Shown here: one piece after another, positions 9,962-20,456 of the stretch
Numbering within the stretch: position 1 is the stretch's first letter
Layout: every line of letters starts with the position of its first letter
Source: Pelagomonas calceolata
Lineage: Eukaryota
Length of the DNA stretch: 64,000 nucleotides
Reading direction: 5' to 3'
Assembly (NCBI GenBank): GCA_918797485.1
Contig: CAKKNE010000002.1
Location: 4,960,001-5,024,000 of the forward strand
Program-made: the position numbers and the translations under genes
The notes under the pieces: model-generated
Database searches by the model: none
Told to the model about the DNA's origin: nothing
The model's input: the letters and a program-made list of their open reading frames with translations, nothing else

Positions 9962-11524
9962 CTACTCATCGCTATCGTCGCCCGAGGCGTCCGGATCGGG
10001 CAAATCCTCGTCGTGGATCCGACACACGACCTCCACGTCGCAGCGCGCCGATGGCGCGAAGGCGGACACGTACTTCACGAAGCGCAGCGTCCCCGGGTCC
10101 CGCAGCACGATCGACAGGCAGTTATGTTGCGCCTCGACCGACAGCAAATCCCCGCCCTCCTCGCCGCCCTCGCCACTCTCGCCCGCGTAGACCGCCGCGT
10201 CGGCGTCGCCCTCGTCCTCGGCCTCTATATATGTCTCGAAGCCGCCGACTTCGCCGGACGCCCACGCCTCGTCGTCGGAACCCCCCAGAAAACAAAACGT
10301 CGCATCAATAACAGGAACGGGGTCCCCGGACACGGCCACCGTGTAGTCGCGGCCCGGGCGGAACCTTCTGATCGTGGAATCGCGCGCGACGGGCCGCACG
10401 CCCGTGATCCTCGCGAGCAACCGTCGAAACGCCGCGCTTGACGCACCATGCTCAATCTTCGCCAAAGCTCGCCCGAGGTCCGAGTCGCCCCGGGGGACGC
10501 CGTAGCGCCGCTTGTGCGGCGGGCCCACGACGCGCCAGGTGTCATGAGGGCCCGCCATCTCACTTTTTGAGATCTCACTCGCAATTTCATCACGACAAAA
10601 GTCCACCAATCGAGCGGCGCTGTCATTCGCGAAGTGGTCCCTTAAACGCGGCCACGCCTCCGGGTCCAGATAGGCCGGCGCGACCCACGCCCCAAGCGCA
10701 GAGACGTCGTCGCTCGACAAAGCACGATCAACGTCGTCCTCGTCGTCATCCCCGTCAAAACTCTTGAAAGAACGCTGTTCAACAACGCGAAGCTGTCCCA
10801 AGGACGACGCCCGAGCCGCGGCGCCGTCCCTCTGTTCCCGCGCGTGGTACCATCCACTAATCGTGAGCCGAGGCTTGTCTCCAAGCACTTCGGCGACGGC
10901 GTGGTGCGACTTGCCCGGTTCGACTTTGAACAGTAATAAAGAGTTCCATTTGCAATCGACTCGGTTGCACGGGATCGGTGAGGGCTCCCCATCGACCACG
11001 GGAAAGAGCTCGAAGGCGCCTCCATCTTCCTCGGACCAGTCCTCGTCCACGAGGTACAGCACAAAACTCACAAGTCTGTTACCGATGACGTCGTCGTGGC
11101 ACAACAAGTGGCCTCCTCGCATGTAGACGTTCGCGGAGCAGTCCACGGTGTCGCCGATGCGACCGCAGCCCGTGATCCGTTCCACGAGGCGTCGCGTCGA
11201 CTCTGAGTAGAGGGCGTCCCTAACTCGTAACAGTGAAGGCGCCTTGTCCGCGAGGTGCGGTGCGGTCCTTTCTATCGTGCCAAGATCGTGCGGCACCTGA
11301 TACACCTTAAACAGGTCCGTTTCCTTGTAGTCCGCTCTCAATTCATGAATGGCTTCGCGTCGCGCGTTTTTCAGGGTGGCGTCGTCGATCGCGGGGCTCA
11401 GGACGACGTGGGGGTACGGCGTGGCTGTCGCGTACTCGCTTTGTTTCGCTTTGATCTGATCGTCGCCGAGCGGCTGCAGGACGGCGTCGGCGGTCTTCTG
11501 GCGCTTGGTTGGCCCTTGGTCCAT
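9962..11524 (-). CDS. OGFOD1: Ribosomal prolyl 3-hydroxylase OGFOD1/Tpa1 (2OG-Fe(II) oxygenase)
   Basis: PYPHVV..KETDLFKVYQ..HLLCHDDVIGNR.VSFVLYLVD..GG..L..WN...F.V.PGKSHH.V.EV..RL.ISGWYH; C-terminal Ofd1 domain RRFRPG.DYT..GG.E.Y..N.LSIVLRD.G.L.FVKYVS. Confidence 0.93.
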   Translation of the reverse strand: MDQGPTKRQKTADAVLQPLGDDQIKAKQSEYATATPYPHVVLSPAIDDATLKNARREAIHELRADYKETDLFKVYQVPHDLGTIERTAPHLADKAPSLLRVRDALYSESTRRLVERITGCGRIGDTVDCSANVYMRGGHLLCHDDVIGNRLVSFVLYLVDEDWSEEDGGAFELFPVVDGEPSPIPCNRVDCKWNSLLLFKVEPGKSHHAVAEVLGDKPRLTISGWYHAREQRDGAAARASSLGQLRVVEQRSFKSFDGDDDEDDVDRALSSDDVSALGAWVAPAYLDPEAWPRLRDHFANDSAARLVDFCRDEIASEISKSEMAGPHDTWRVVGPPHKRRYGVPRGDSDLGRALAKIEHGASSAAFRRLLARITGVRPVARDSTIRRFRPGRDYTVAVSGDPVPVIDATFCFLGGSDDEAWASGEVGGFETYIEAEDEGDADAAVYAGESGEGGEEGGDLLSVEAQHNCLSIVLRDPGTLRFVKYVSAFAPSARCDVEVVCRIHDEDLPDPDASGDDSDE

Positions 11525-11586
11525 CGCCTAGCTGCAGTTGTGGTGCTCGCTGCGGCGCCTAGCTGCAGTTGTTGTGCTCGCTGCGG
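11525..11586. repeat. 2 x 31-bp tandem repeat immediately upstream of the OGFOD1 ATG
   Basis: cgcctagctgcagttgt(g/t)gtgctcgctgcgg occurs twice with one mismatch. Confidence 0.9.
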
Positions 11587-11924
11587 CGGCGTCGAGCGCA
11601 GCCGTACTTTGTCACACGTCTGTATGATACAGTCAGCTATCAGCTGCTGTTGTGCGCAGTGTTATCGCTCCAAATACGCTGTGTTTAGGCTCCAAATGCA
11701 ACTCAATCGTGAGAGGAAATACCCGCGACGAACACAACAGCAAACGACAGCACAGACCACGCGAGTGCCTAGCTTTACGTTGTGAGCGCATAAAGTAGGT
11801 CTCCAAGTACATCCGTCCACGTCAAAAGCAACGCGACGACGCGTGCGCACGTTTAAAGCTCACACTGCCAGCTGTGCTCTGTGACACGACTCACACCGCT
11901 GCCCGCAACGCGCGTCACGTCATC

Positions 11925-13052
11925 ATGCTACGGCGCTCGTCAACGCGCAACGCCGCTGCCGAGAATCTTGACGAGTTCGAATGCTCGATCTGCGTCGAGC
12001 TCCTCTACGAGCCCTACACGGGACCGTGCGGGCATTCGTTCTGCCGGCGCTGCGCCGGCGAGGCGCGCCGCCGCGACCCGCGCTGCCCGACATGTAGAGC
12101 GAGCTGGCGCGGCGTCCCCGCAAACCTGCCGGTCAGTTCGGCGCTGGCCACGGCGATCCGCCGCCTCGCGCCGGCCGAGTACGCCGCTCGAGCCAATGAG
12201 GCGCCGCCGTTCGTACCGGTCACTGAGCGGACGCTCGGCGTGTTTCAGCTCTACCACGTCCTGCCGCAGCAAAGACTGCAGCTCCACATCTTCGAGCCGC
12301 GCTATCGACAACTGGTGGCGCGCGCGCGCCAGCGCGAGCCGCCGACCTTTGCCATGGCGGGTCCCGGCGCACAAGTACTCTGCGAGGTCGAGATAACGTC
12401 GCTCGACCAGTCGCGCGACGGCCGCTACTACATCGAGGTCGTCGGTCGAAGGCGCCTGCGATGCGAGCGCGACTGGCAGGATAACTCAAACCTACGCGTC
12501 GCCGTCGTCTCGGAGCTCACGGACGACGCCATCCTACCGCAGCAGGAAGCGACGCTCGCCGCCGCCGCGGCGGCACTGACGGCGGCGTCTCAATGTCTAA
12601 TTCGCGTGACGTTCCAGAGAACGGGGAGACTGGACATGGGCACGATGGAGGTCCTGGGCGCCGACCCGCCCTCCGACTTCGAGGCGCTCGGGCTTTGGTC
12701 CGCCGCACTCGTGAACGAGCTGCCGCCCCTGCGGGCCGTGCGCGACATCCGGTTGCACGTGCTCCGCGAGACCGATAGTCTGCGGCGCATGCACCTGGTC
12801 CAGGCCGTCATCCACGCGTGCCTCGACGAATTGGACGCGGCGCCGGCGACGATGCTGGACCGGGTCGTGCGCATCTCGCGAGCATTGCTCGATTACCGCG
12901 AGCTCGGCCCCTTCACACTTGTTGGAGCCGGCGCCGCCTGCGTCGCCTGTCGCACGTGGGGACAGATGGCGATGGTCTTCGTCGCGCTCTATGCGCTCTT
13001 GGCCATTTCCGTCATGGGCGTCCGCGCGCCACACGTGGAAGAAGCCGTGTAA
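11925..13052 (+). CDS. LON peptidase N-terminal domain and RING finger protein (LONRF-like E3 ligase) with a hydrophobic C-terminus
   Basis: C3HC4 RING CSIC..EPYTGPCGHSFCRRC..CPTCR; LON-N motif LHIFEPRYRQLV..DGRY.I...GRRR. Confidence 0.88.
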   Translation: MLRRSSTRNAAAENLDEFECSICVELLYEPYTGPCGHSFCRRCAGEARRRDPRCPTCRASWRGVPANLPVSSALATAIRRLAPAEYAARANEAPPFVPVTERTLGVFQLYHVLPQQRLQLHIFEPRYRQLVARARQREPPTFAMAGPGAQVLCEVEITSLDQSRDGRYYIEVVGRRRLRCERDWQDNSNLRVAVVSELTDDAILPQQEATLAAAAAALTAASQCLIRVTFQRTGRLDMGTMEVLGADPPSDFEALGLWSAALVNELPPLRAVRDIRLHVLRETDSLRRMHLVQAVIHACLDELDAAPATMLDRVVRISRALLDYRELGPFTLVGAGAACVACRTWGQMAMVFVALYALLAISVMGVRAPHVEEAV

Positions 13053-13326
13053 TGTGTCATGATTGTAACTCCTAGCGCAACGTAGAGATGACTAGAAGGG
13101 AAGCATCTTTCACGGACGAGGCCTCCCGCTCAACGGCACTCGGGGAATTGCTGGCCCGTCCAGCTGCTGGCCAGGCTCCGCTTTGCTCCCGGCGCTGGCA
13201 ATCAACGCCCGCGTGAAGCACAAATAGTTTAGGGTCGCCGAGGCATCCGAAAGGCTGCCAACGCCGCCCTCGACGCGAAGTCGCACCGTGCCAACATACC
13301 TGCAGCCCATTGGGGCAGCCTAAACC

Positions 13327-15627
13327 ATGGGCGCCGGCGCGAGCGCCGTCCTCCCGGCGGAGTGCACGAAGGACGACGCTCGAGCCTTTGCGGGCGAACG
13401 GTGGAACGAGACCATGGATCAGAAGTTCGACGCGATCTGCAGGGACGGTAAAATATCAAAGGAGACCGTATTACAACACGAGCACTCCTTCGGACTTGCC
13501 ATAAGAGACTGGCGGCGCATCAGTGAACATGCCCACCAACTGACCGAGGCGGCGGTCAAGGAAGCTCCACCGGTCTTAGAAGTCGATGTCGAACAAATAA
13601 CAGGTAATAAAGCCGCGACGCGACTCCAGGGCGCGTCTCGCAAAACAGCCGCCTACAACGAGAGCAAGATCAAGGTCGCGAAGAGGATTAATTGCTCCTT
13701 GGAACATGCGGCCGAGCGGAAACAGAACAAGCTCGACGCGTTCATGAGCAAACTAACGGAGAAAATGGACACCCTTGAGGAAGAAAAACAGTCCAAGGAT
13801 CAGCTCCTAGATACGATCGACAAGATGCGCAAGGCCGGCTGGCCCCGGAACTTACCTAAGGATGATCACCCGGGGATGGACCTACCAGACCCATTGACCA
13901 AAGATGCGATGTGCGACTTGCTGGAGCGCTTGAATGAACAAGCCCGGAAGGAGACCAAAAAAAAGAAGGCTCGCAACGGCATCAAGGACATACTGCACGC
14001 GAAGTACGCCTTGCAGATCGCTACGGGATATATGGACGTCGTTCGTAAGCTCCCGTCAGTGGTCCATGTGAACACGCAGCAGTCGGGCAAAATTACGGTG
14101 GTCGGGGATTTACATGGCCAGTTGCGAGATCTCATACATATCTTTAGACATAACGGCATGCCCTCGTTTGATAATCCCTACTTGTTTAACGGTGATTTAG
14201 TAGATCGCGGCGACTACTCCGTCGAAATAGTACTCTTGTTGTTTGGCTTCGCCGTGGCGGATCCCGGAAGTATATATATCAACCGGGGCAACCACGAGGA
14301 CATGACGGTGTGCACGGGGTATGGTTTTGTGGACGAGTTGGTCAATAAATTCTCGCAGAATACGGCCGGTAGGCATTTGCTGGCTATTATCGATACTATA
14401 TTCTCCTTGCTACCTTTGGTGCACGTCATTGACGAGAACATAGCCGTGGTCCATGGGGGCATCTCGGACAAGTTCGACCTCGACTCCCTGAAACAGATAA
14501 ACAGGCGGTTGTACCGCACCTTGACGGGCCTACCGCAAGCCATCACGCACGACGAGAAAGGTTGTGATGAGGAGGGCCACACCCACAAAGACTGGGCTGT
14601 TTTGATGGACTGCCTCTGGAGCGACCCGGCCAAAGCCTCGGAGCGGTTTCCCGGTGACCTGAGGTGCAAGTCGAACGACGAGCGGGGCGGCGGCGTTTTA
14701 TGGAGCGAGCAGTTCACGAAGGAGTGGCTCTCACAGCACAAATTGGGCTGTCTCATACGAAGCCACGAGTGCCAGGACGAGGGGTACAAGACGCACCATG
14801 AAGGTCGAGTATTAACACTGTTTTCTGCCTCAAATTATTACGGGGAAGACGAGGAGAACGACGGGGCTATCTTAGTGTTAAGTCCTTTGCAAGATCCTCC
14901 GGGCAAGCTGTTGACTTATAGTACGTGTTACGCGAAGGGTGGCTATGAGAAATTACGTACAGCTGAATTGGCCGGCAAGATGGAATCTGCAGCATTAGCA
15001 AGAGTAGAAGTTTGTTTACTCGATCATAGACGAGAATTAGTAGCAGCTCTGAAAGCGAAAGACGTCAACGGCACGGGGCAGCTCAAGAAAGTCGAGTGGG
15101 CTTCTATAATGAATGATATACTACCGGTGAAGTTGCCGTGGCTCCACCTCGCGGAGAAATTTGTGCTGGTGACGAAGAAAGGCGACGTGATAACGTACCT
15201 ACCCCTCACGGAGAAGCTCGAGGCCATGTTCGGCAATAGTGATGAATCTAAGGGCAGGGAGAATTTGTTCCGGAACCGCGACGCTTTGGTCAAATTATTC
15301 AGATTGTTGGATGCGGATCAAAGCGGTTCACTAGATAGAGCCGAGTTCGCGAAGGGCTGCGAGATGATCAATGCGCTGGCGGACGACGGCGAGAAACTAT
15401 TTGAAATGTCTGACATCGACGGGTTCATGGACGCGCTGGACGTGAACGGGGACGGCGCGATTAGTTTCGCGGAGTTTTCCGATGGATTGCTGAACCACGG
15501 CTCCATGGCGGCGCATTCAGGCGCGGAGATCGGCGTGCACTCGCCGGCGAAGCCGGTCGGGGAGCCTGCAGCAGAACCGGAGGCTGCGGCGGCGCCAGAA
15601 GGCGGCGGGGGCGAGGAGACTGGGTAA
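13327..15627 (+). CDS. PPEF: Ser/Thr protein phosphatase with EF-hands (PPEF/RdgC, PP7 family), probably N-myristoylated
   Basis: GDLHGQ, GDLVDRG, NRGNHE, HGG, LWSDP, RSHE, FSASNYY; C-terminal EF-hands DADQSGSLDRAEF and DVNGDGAISFAEF; N-terminus MGAGAS. Confidence 0.9.
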   Translation: MGAGASAVLPAECTKDDARAFAGERWNETMDQKFDAICRDGKISKETVLQHEHSFGLAIRDWRRISEHAHQLTEAAVKEAPPVLEVDVEQITGNKAATRLQGASRKTAAYNESKIKVAKRINCSLEHAAERKQNKLDAFMSKLTEKMDTLEEEKQSKDQLLDTIDKMRKAGWPRNLPKDDHPGMDLPDPLTKDAMCDLLERLNEQARKETKKKKARNGIKDILHAKYALQIATGYMDVVRKLPSVVHVNTQQSGKITVVGDLHGQLRDLIHIFRHNGMPSFDNPYLFNGDLVDRGDYSVEIVLLLFGFAVADPGSIYINRGNHEDMTVCTGYGFVDELVNKFSQNTAGRHLLAIIDTIFSLLPLVHVIDENIAVVHGGISDKFDLDSLKQINRRLYRTLTGLPQAITHDEKGCDEEGHTHKDWAVLMDCLWSDPAKASERFPGDLRCKSNDERGGGVLWSEQFTKEWLSQHKLGCLIRSHECQDEGYKTHHEGRVLTLFSASNYYGEDEENDGAILVLSPLQDPPGKLLTYSTCYAKGGYEKLRTAELAGKMESAALARVEVCLLDHRRELVAALKAKDVNGTGQLKKVEWASIMNDILPVKLPWLHLAEKFVLVTKKGDVITYLPLTEKLEAMFGNSDESKGRENLFRNRDALVKLFRLLDADQSGSLDRAEFAKGCEMINALADDGEKLFEMSDIDGFMDALDVNGDGAISFAEFSDGLLNHGSMAAHSGAEIGVHSPAKPVGEPAAEPEAAAAPEGGGGEETG

Positions 15628-15670
15628 CTAGTCTTGAAGAAAGTGACACACACCACAGTAGTTACGAAAA

Positions 15671-18043
15671 CTAGCCGCTCGCCACGACGTCGGGCCGCAG
15701 GAACTCGTCGAACGACGGCGGCCCTCTAGCTGTAGCCCCCTCCTGGGACCGAAACCGCGAGCGCCTTCTCCCGGGGGACCGGCCCGGTGAACCTTGAGAC
15801 AACCAGTACTCCTCGCCGCTTTCGTCGATCTTCTGGAGCCAGGAGGGATCGCGCTCCCAGCGCGTCTCGCCGGACGCCTCGTTCCAGAAGAAGGTGTCTC
15901 CGGTAGAATTCTCCACGAGCTCGTGCCAGCGCTGCTCGCCCCGTAATGAGGGCGACGACGCGGCCCAGGCCGAGGCTCTAGCAAAAGCGTCTTCGAGGCC
16001 GCGCGCGGCACTATCATCGGACTCGTGCGACTGCCTTACGGTCGATTGGCGCTTCTTCACGTCGGACTCCACCGCCGACGCAAACGCAGATTTTTCGGGT
16101 GATTTCTGGGCCGTCCGCCCTTCACACGTCGCCCACGGCGAGAACCGATCTCCTTGTAAAGTTCGAACCCGAAACATGACGTGCGTACCTGGTTGTAGAT
16201 TGCGCTTCCTAACCTTAGGAGCCTCGAGATTACGCGACGCCGATTCCCAGGTCAACCCCCCGTCGCAGGACCACTGCAGTTGCCACTGGTCACCTGCTCC
16301 TGAATCCCACTCCAACTCAAGAGAAGTCGCCTGCGTCCCGACGACTCGCAACCGTGACGGCGGCTCGACCAAAGCCCCGTCCCGCCGGAAGGCGTCCGTG
16401 ATCTGTTTTAAGTTTTGGGGCTTGAGAGCTATGATCGCCCCGCTATCTTCGATTTTAATCTGGTACCGCTGCTTCTTGTCGTCGTACCTCTCGATGATGG
16501 CCAGTTGGTTGTTGAGTTCCGGCTTACTGATGAGGTCCTTCAATACGACTTTGCAGCCCGGCTTCAGGAGCAATTGGTGCGAGGGTCGGATCGTGCCGTT
16601 GGAATGGGCCACGAAGGTCCTTCCCAGCGGACTCGTGCCGCCGAACTTCTTCATGAGGTTGTCGAGCTCCTCGTTATCGTTGAGAGCTTGGGCGGCGGCA
16701 GTGGCACACTCCTTGTAGAAGCCGTCGTTCGCGTGCCAGGCCTCCTCCCTTGCCTTCTTCGCGGCTGCTTCTGTTTGTTTCTTGCGGTGGTCTCTGGCCG
16801 CGTCCATCTGTTGTTGCGCTTTCGCGTAGAGTCTTTCTGCCTCAGCTAGCTCGCCCGCGGATCTCGCACGAGCGGCCGCCGCAAAGGCCTCGGCGTGGGC
16901 GCGTCGAGCCGCCTCTTCCGGGTCCTCCTCCTCCGGTTCCGTGCGCCAGGCCGACGTGGACATGCCCCGCGTGTTGTTCTTCTGCTGGGACCGCCACCTG
17001 CGCGGAGCATCGCGGTTGTTGTTCGTTCCCCGTCTCGCCATCGACGCAATCCCACGCCATCGCCGCGACCCTACGCCATCGCGCGAACTCTCGGGGGACC
17101 TCTGCGCCATCGCAGCGACCCCGCCTCGCCCGCGCCTCGCCCGGAACGGCCTCGAAATCGAAAAAAAGACCACCCACGACCCGCTCTCCGGGAGACGATG
17201 CATGACGATGGCGTGAAACGGGACGCCGCGCGCGGACCACGCCTCATCATCTTCAGTCATGTCGTGCGTCTCGATGTCGTCGTCGTGTGCCCGGGGAAAG
17301 GGGTCGCTCCTTGCCCTCCGCAATTTCTCGGCTCGAGCAGCTTCGCGCTGCTGCTCCCGTTCCCGAGCCTCTCTAGCGTGGACCTCGAACCGTTCCCGCC
17401 GTATCCTCTCCTGCTCGCGATCCTCGGCCTCCTGCCGCCGTCTGCGAATCTCCTCCTCGCGCTCTCGCTTGACACGAGCTTCATTCCTTAATTTCTCTTG
17501 CTGGCGGTTCCTTTCAGCCTCCCGTGCTTTGGCCGCATTGATGCTATCTTTCCGCTGGCGGTCGTTCTGGCGCTTCTCGTTGGCCGCCATTTGAGCCGCG
17601 AGGTCGTCGGCTTCGCGTTTTCGCGCCGCAGCGGCCGACGCGCGCCGTCGAGTTTCTCTCTCTTGAACCTGCCTCCTAGCTTCCGCGGCGGCGTGGTGCC
17701 GTTGCGCTCGCTTGAGGTCGGCCTCCTCCTCGGTGGGCTTGGGCTTGGGCTTTTCCGAGGGGGGCGGTCGGTGCGGCGCCGGCGGCCTACGTCTTGGTGG
17801 TGGCCTCGTAGGCGCCGGCTCTGGTGCAGGTGGTGTCCGCACCCGCCCCGCAGCAGACGTCAAGTAGGTATTCGCCTCGTTGATCTGCTTGAAGCGCTCG
17901 GTCGCCTCTTCCACATTCGTCGGGTTGCGGTCGGGGTGGTACATGAGGGCGAGCTTGCGGAAGGCTTTTTTTATGGAGGCGTCGTCGGCGGTGTCGGGCA
18001 ACCCTAGGGCCTTCAGGTGTTTCGTTCTTGCGGATTGCGCCAT
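15671..18043 (-). CDS. DnaJ-domain protein with coiled coil, SH3-like module, FN3 and WW domains; in-frame intron 16998-17240
   Basis: J-domain IKKAFRKLALMYHPDRN..FKQINEA; FN3 PPSRLRVVGTQATSLELEW..NLQPGTHVMFRVR..FSPW; WW WHELVENSTGDTFFWNEASGETRWERDP. Confidence 0.8.
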   Translation of the reverse strand: MAQSARTKHLKALGLPDTADDASIKKAFRKLALMYHPDRNPTNVEEATERFKQINEANTYLTSAAGRVRTPPAPEPAPTRPPPRRRPPAPHRPPPSEKPKPKPTEEEADLKRAQRHHAAAEARRQVQERETRRRASAAAARKREADDLAAQMAANEKRQNDRQRKDSINAAKAREAERNRQQEKLRNEARVKREREEEIRRRRQEAEDREQERIRRERFEVHAREAREREQQREAARAEKLRRARSDPFPRAHDDDIETHDMTEDDEAWSARGVPFHAIVMHRLPESGSWVVFFSISRPFRARRGRGGVAAMAQRSPESSRDGVGSRRWRGIASMARRGTNNNRDAPRRWRSQQKNNTRGMSTSAWRTEPEEEDPEEAARRAHAEAFAAAARARSAGELAEAERLYAKAQQQMDAARDHRKKQTEAAAKKAREEAWHANDGFYKECATAAAQALNDNEELDNLMKKFGGTSPLGRTFVAHSNGTIRPSHQLLLKPGCKVVLKDLISKPELNNQLAIIERYDDKKQRYQIKIEDSGAIIALKPQNLKQITDAFRRDGALVEPPSRLRVVGTQATSLELEWDSGAGDQWQLQWSCDGGLTWESASRNLEAPKVRKRNLQPGTHVMFRVRTLQGDRFSPWATCEGRTAQKSPEKSAFASAVESDVKKRQSTVRQSHESDDSAARGLEDAFARASAWAASSPSLRGEQRWHELVENSTGDTFFWNEASGETRWERDPSWLQKIDESGEEYWLSQGSPGRSPGRRRSRFRSQEGATARGPPSFDEFLRPDVVASG
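16998..17240 (-). mobile_element. Introner-like intron (243 bp, in frame, stop-free)
   Basis: gc|gtggtcc ... ccgcgcag|gtggcgg; shares a 25-bp exact block with dynein intron 61472-61602. Confidence 0.7.
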
Positions 18044-18582
18044 GGCGGCTGCCCCTCCTACCTAGGTCTGGGGCAGCCCACGGCTGTGGAGCGGCAGCCC
18101 CCGCTTTCAGGCGTGCTCACACCGGTCAGGGCCGATGGCTTGATCACCCTAATCGATCGGTAGCGCGGCCCAGGGGCCAGGGCAGCGTGAAATGCCGCTC
18201 TACACCGGCCGCCGCTGGGCTCCAGCGCCAGTTTGTGCGGGGCCGGGATGCGTCGTCGGCGCCGCCTAGGGGTCTCGTTGACGTGTCTTGACGGGTGGCA
18301 CGAGGGCTGGAGCGGCAACCCGACCAGCAGCAAACCTGGGCAGGCAGTGCATCGCGAGCAGCAAAGGCAGGCTGTATAGGAACGGTTACGGGGGTTGCGC
18401 AACGTGGTAGAGCTTCGCATGTGCCTACGGCTCTAACAAAGGGTTCAACCCCTTCAATTCAGCCGCGCACGAAGACGCGCGGCTTGAGCCCAGGCAGCAA
18501 GTAGCCCAGGCGCTAAAAAGACAAGGCCCGCGCCAACAAGGCGGCGCGGGAAAGACCCCCAAGGCCCCCCGAAGACCCAAGC

Positions 18583-19650
18583 ATGCCGAACCAGCGCACG
18601 CGCCAGAAGAAGAAGGAGGCCGCCGCCGCCGCCGCCGAGGCCAAGAAAGAAGCCGCGAAGCCCAAAGCCGCGGCGAAGCCGGCGCCGGTGCCGACGCCGC
18701 CGGGCGGCCGCCAGCGCGGCGTCTGCCGCTGGTTTGTGGACAAGAAGAAGTACGGCTTCATTTCTAGCGGTGATGGTAGAGATATATTTGTGCACGGGGC
18801 CGACCTCAAGGAGGCGATCGGCGAGGGCGACACGGTGGAGTACGCCGTGGTGGACTTCAAGGGCCGGCCGAAGGCCATCGAGGTGACGAAAATAAGTGGC
18901 AAGGAGCCGCCGAAGCCTGCCCAGCCGCCGACGCCGCCGCCGTCGCCTCCCCAGATCATGCAGCCGCCGCCGGCGTTGCCAGCTCCAGTGGCCCGACCGC
19001 CTCCTCCCAAAGTACCTCAAGGCCCGCCGCCTAGAAGACGAGGTGTCTGCCAGTGGTTCACGCCCAAGAAGAAGCACGGCTTCATCAAGCCCGATGGAGC
19101 GGGAGCGGACGTTTTCGTGCATCAGATGGATTTAAGAGCTGGCACGGAGATCACGGAGGGCGACACCGTGGAGTTCGGCACGGCGGATTATAAGGGGAGG
19201 GAGAAGGCCGTCGACGTCATCAAGGTGGACCCCGCCGTGCGCGCGGCCGCCCCGAGAGCGTTAGCCCCCCCGGGCGTGCCCGCCAAGCCCCGCGTGAACA
19301 TCGCGCCGGCGCGGCCCTGGCCGAAAGTTGATGCGGGTCTACAAGCGGCCAGTGCCCCGGCGCCGGCCAGCAACGGCGCGCCGCCGCCCGCCGCGCCGCC
19401 GGCGACCGGGCCCTGGGGCGCGCGCGCGGCCGCGCCGGCGGCGGCGCCGGCGGCCGCCCGCCGGCCGTCCTGGGGCGCCGAGACGCCGGCCGCCGCGCCG
19501 GCGGCGCCGCCGCCGGCCGCCGCGCCGCCGGCGCCGGCGCCGGCGCCCAAGCCCCGCGGCCCGCGCGGCTGGGGCCAAGTTGACTCGAAGCCGTCCTTCG
19601 CGGACGCCTCCGCCGGCCCGACGCCCGGCGAGGCCATGCGCCGCGCCTGA
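18583..19650 (+). CDS. Cold-shock-domain protein (two CSDs) with Pro/Ala-rich linker and tail
   Basis: GVCRWFVDKKKYGFI..DIFVH and GVCQWFTPKKKHGFIKPD..DVFVH (RNP1/RNP2). Confidence 0.9.
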   Translation: MPNQRTRQKKKEAAAAAAEAKKEAAKPKAAAKPAPVPTPPGGRQRGVCRWFVDKKKYGFISSGDGRDIFVHGADLKEAIGEGDTVEYAVVDFKGRPKAIEVTKISGKEPPKPAQPPTPPPSPPQIMQPPPALPAPVARPPPPKVPQGPPPRRRGVCQWFTPKKKHGFIKPDGAGADVFVHQMDLRAGTEITEGDTVEFGTADYKGREKAVDVIKVDPAVRAAAPRALAPPGVPAKPRVNIAPARPWPKVDAGLQAASAPAPASNGAPPPAAPPATGPWGARAAAPAAAPAAARRPSWGAETPAAAPAAPPPAAAPPAPAPAPKPRGPRGWGQVDSKPSFADASAGPTPGEAMRRA

Positions 19651-19847
19651 TTCCGTTCCCTGCCAGACGTCTGGCCTCTCGCAACACCGCTCGCTTGCGG
19701 CCCAGCCCGGCCAGGGCCGAGCCGACTAACATTGAAATCATGATTACTAGACCCAACGCCATCGCCGCGGCACACTCATGTACAGTACACAATGATTACC
19801 CCAGCACCCACCAGCCGCCGAGACCGCCTCCAGGACACGGACGGCGA

Positions 19848-20456
19848 TCATGGCGCCGGCGACGCCTCCTCCGCGGGCGCGGACGGGTCGTTCTTGAGTA
19901 AATTCGAGACCATGGTCCCCACGTCGCCCTCGACCTGTTTTTGAATGGCGTTCTGCCCACCGTTCTGGATCGATTTCAAGGGCACGGGCACCCAGCGCGG
20001 CACGTCGAAGGAGGCCGTCACCGACGCCTCGCAGACCAGTTCGTTGTTCTCAACCGTAAAAACGGACGTGGAGGTCGTGTCCATGATTCCCGCCATGGCC
20101 TCGACGATGCGACAGGCCCAGCGGGGACCGGTCGTCTCCATGCGCTGCTTGTCGAGCGAGATGGAGATGGATCTCGGATTTTGACGGGTCAGGGAGAACT
20201 CCATGACCGGCTGGAGCTTGACGAGGGGGAACGTCGCGCCGGAGATTCTCCCTTCATAATTGCCTCCCCCGAGGTCGCTGACCTCCGAAATGGCGTCGTT
20301 CGCCGCGACGATGGCCCGCTCGACCGGGTTCTTCGCATCGGCGAACCACGCGTCGAAGCTCGCCGGCGCCGGCGCGCGGCCCGTCGTTTTTACTTCCCAC
20401 TTCACGGTCCGCGCCGCGTGGGCTACTACGGTCAACAACGGGAGCAGCCTCATCAT
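19848..20456 (-). CDS. Signal-peptide protein, DUF1997/SRPBCC(START)-like
   Basis: Hydrophobic N-terminus; FPLVKLQPVMEF..; C-terminal VPRWVPVPLKSIQNGGQNAIQKQV helix. Family assignment is by recalled resemblance only. Confidence 0.5.
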   Translation of the reverse strand: MMRLLPLLTVVAHAARTVKWEVKTTGRAPAPASFDAWFADAKNPVERAIVAANDAISEVSDLGGGNYEGRISGATFPLVKLQPVMEFSLTRQNPRSISISLDKQRMETTGPRWACRIVEAMAGIMDTTSTSVFTVENNELVCEASVTASFDVPRWVPVPLKSIQNGGQNAIQKQVEGDVGTMVSNLLKNDPSAPAEEASPAP

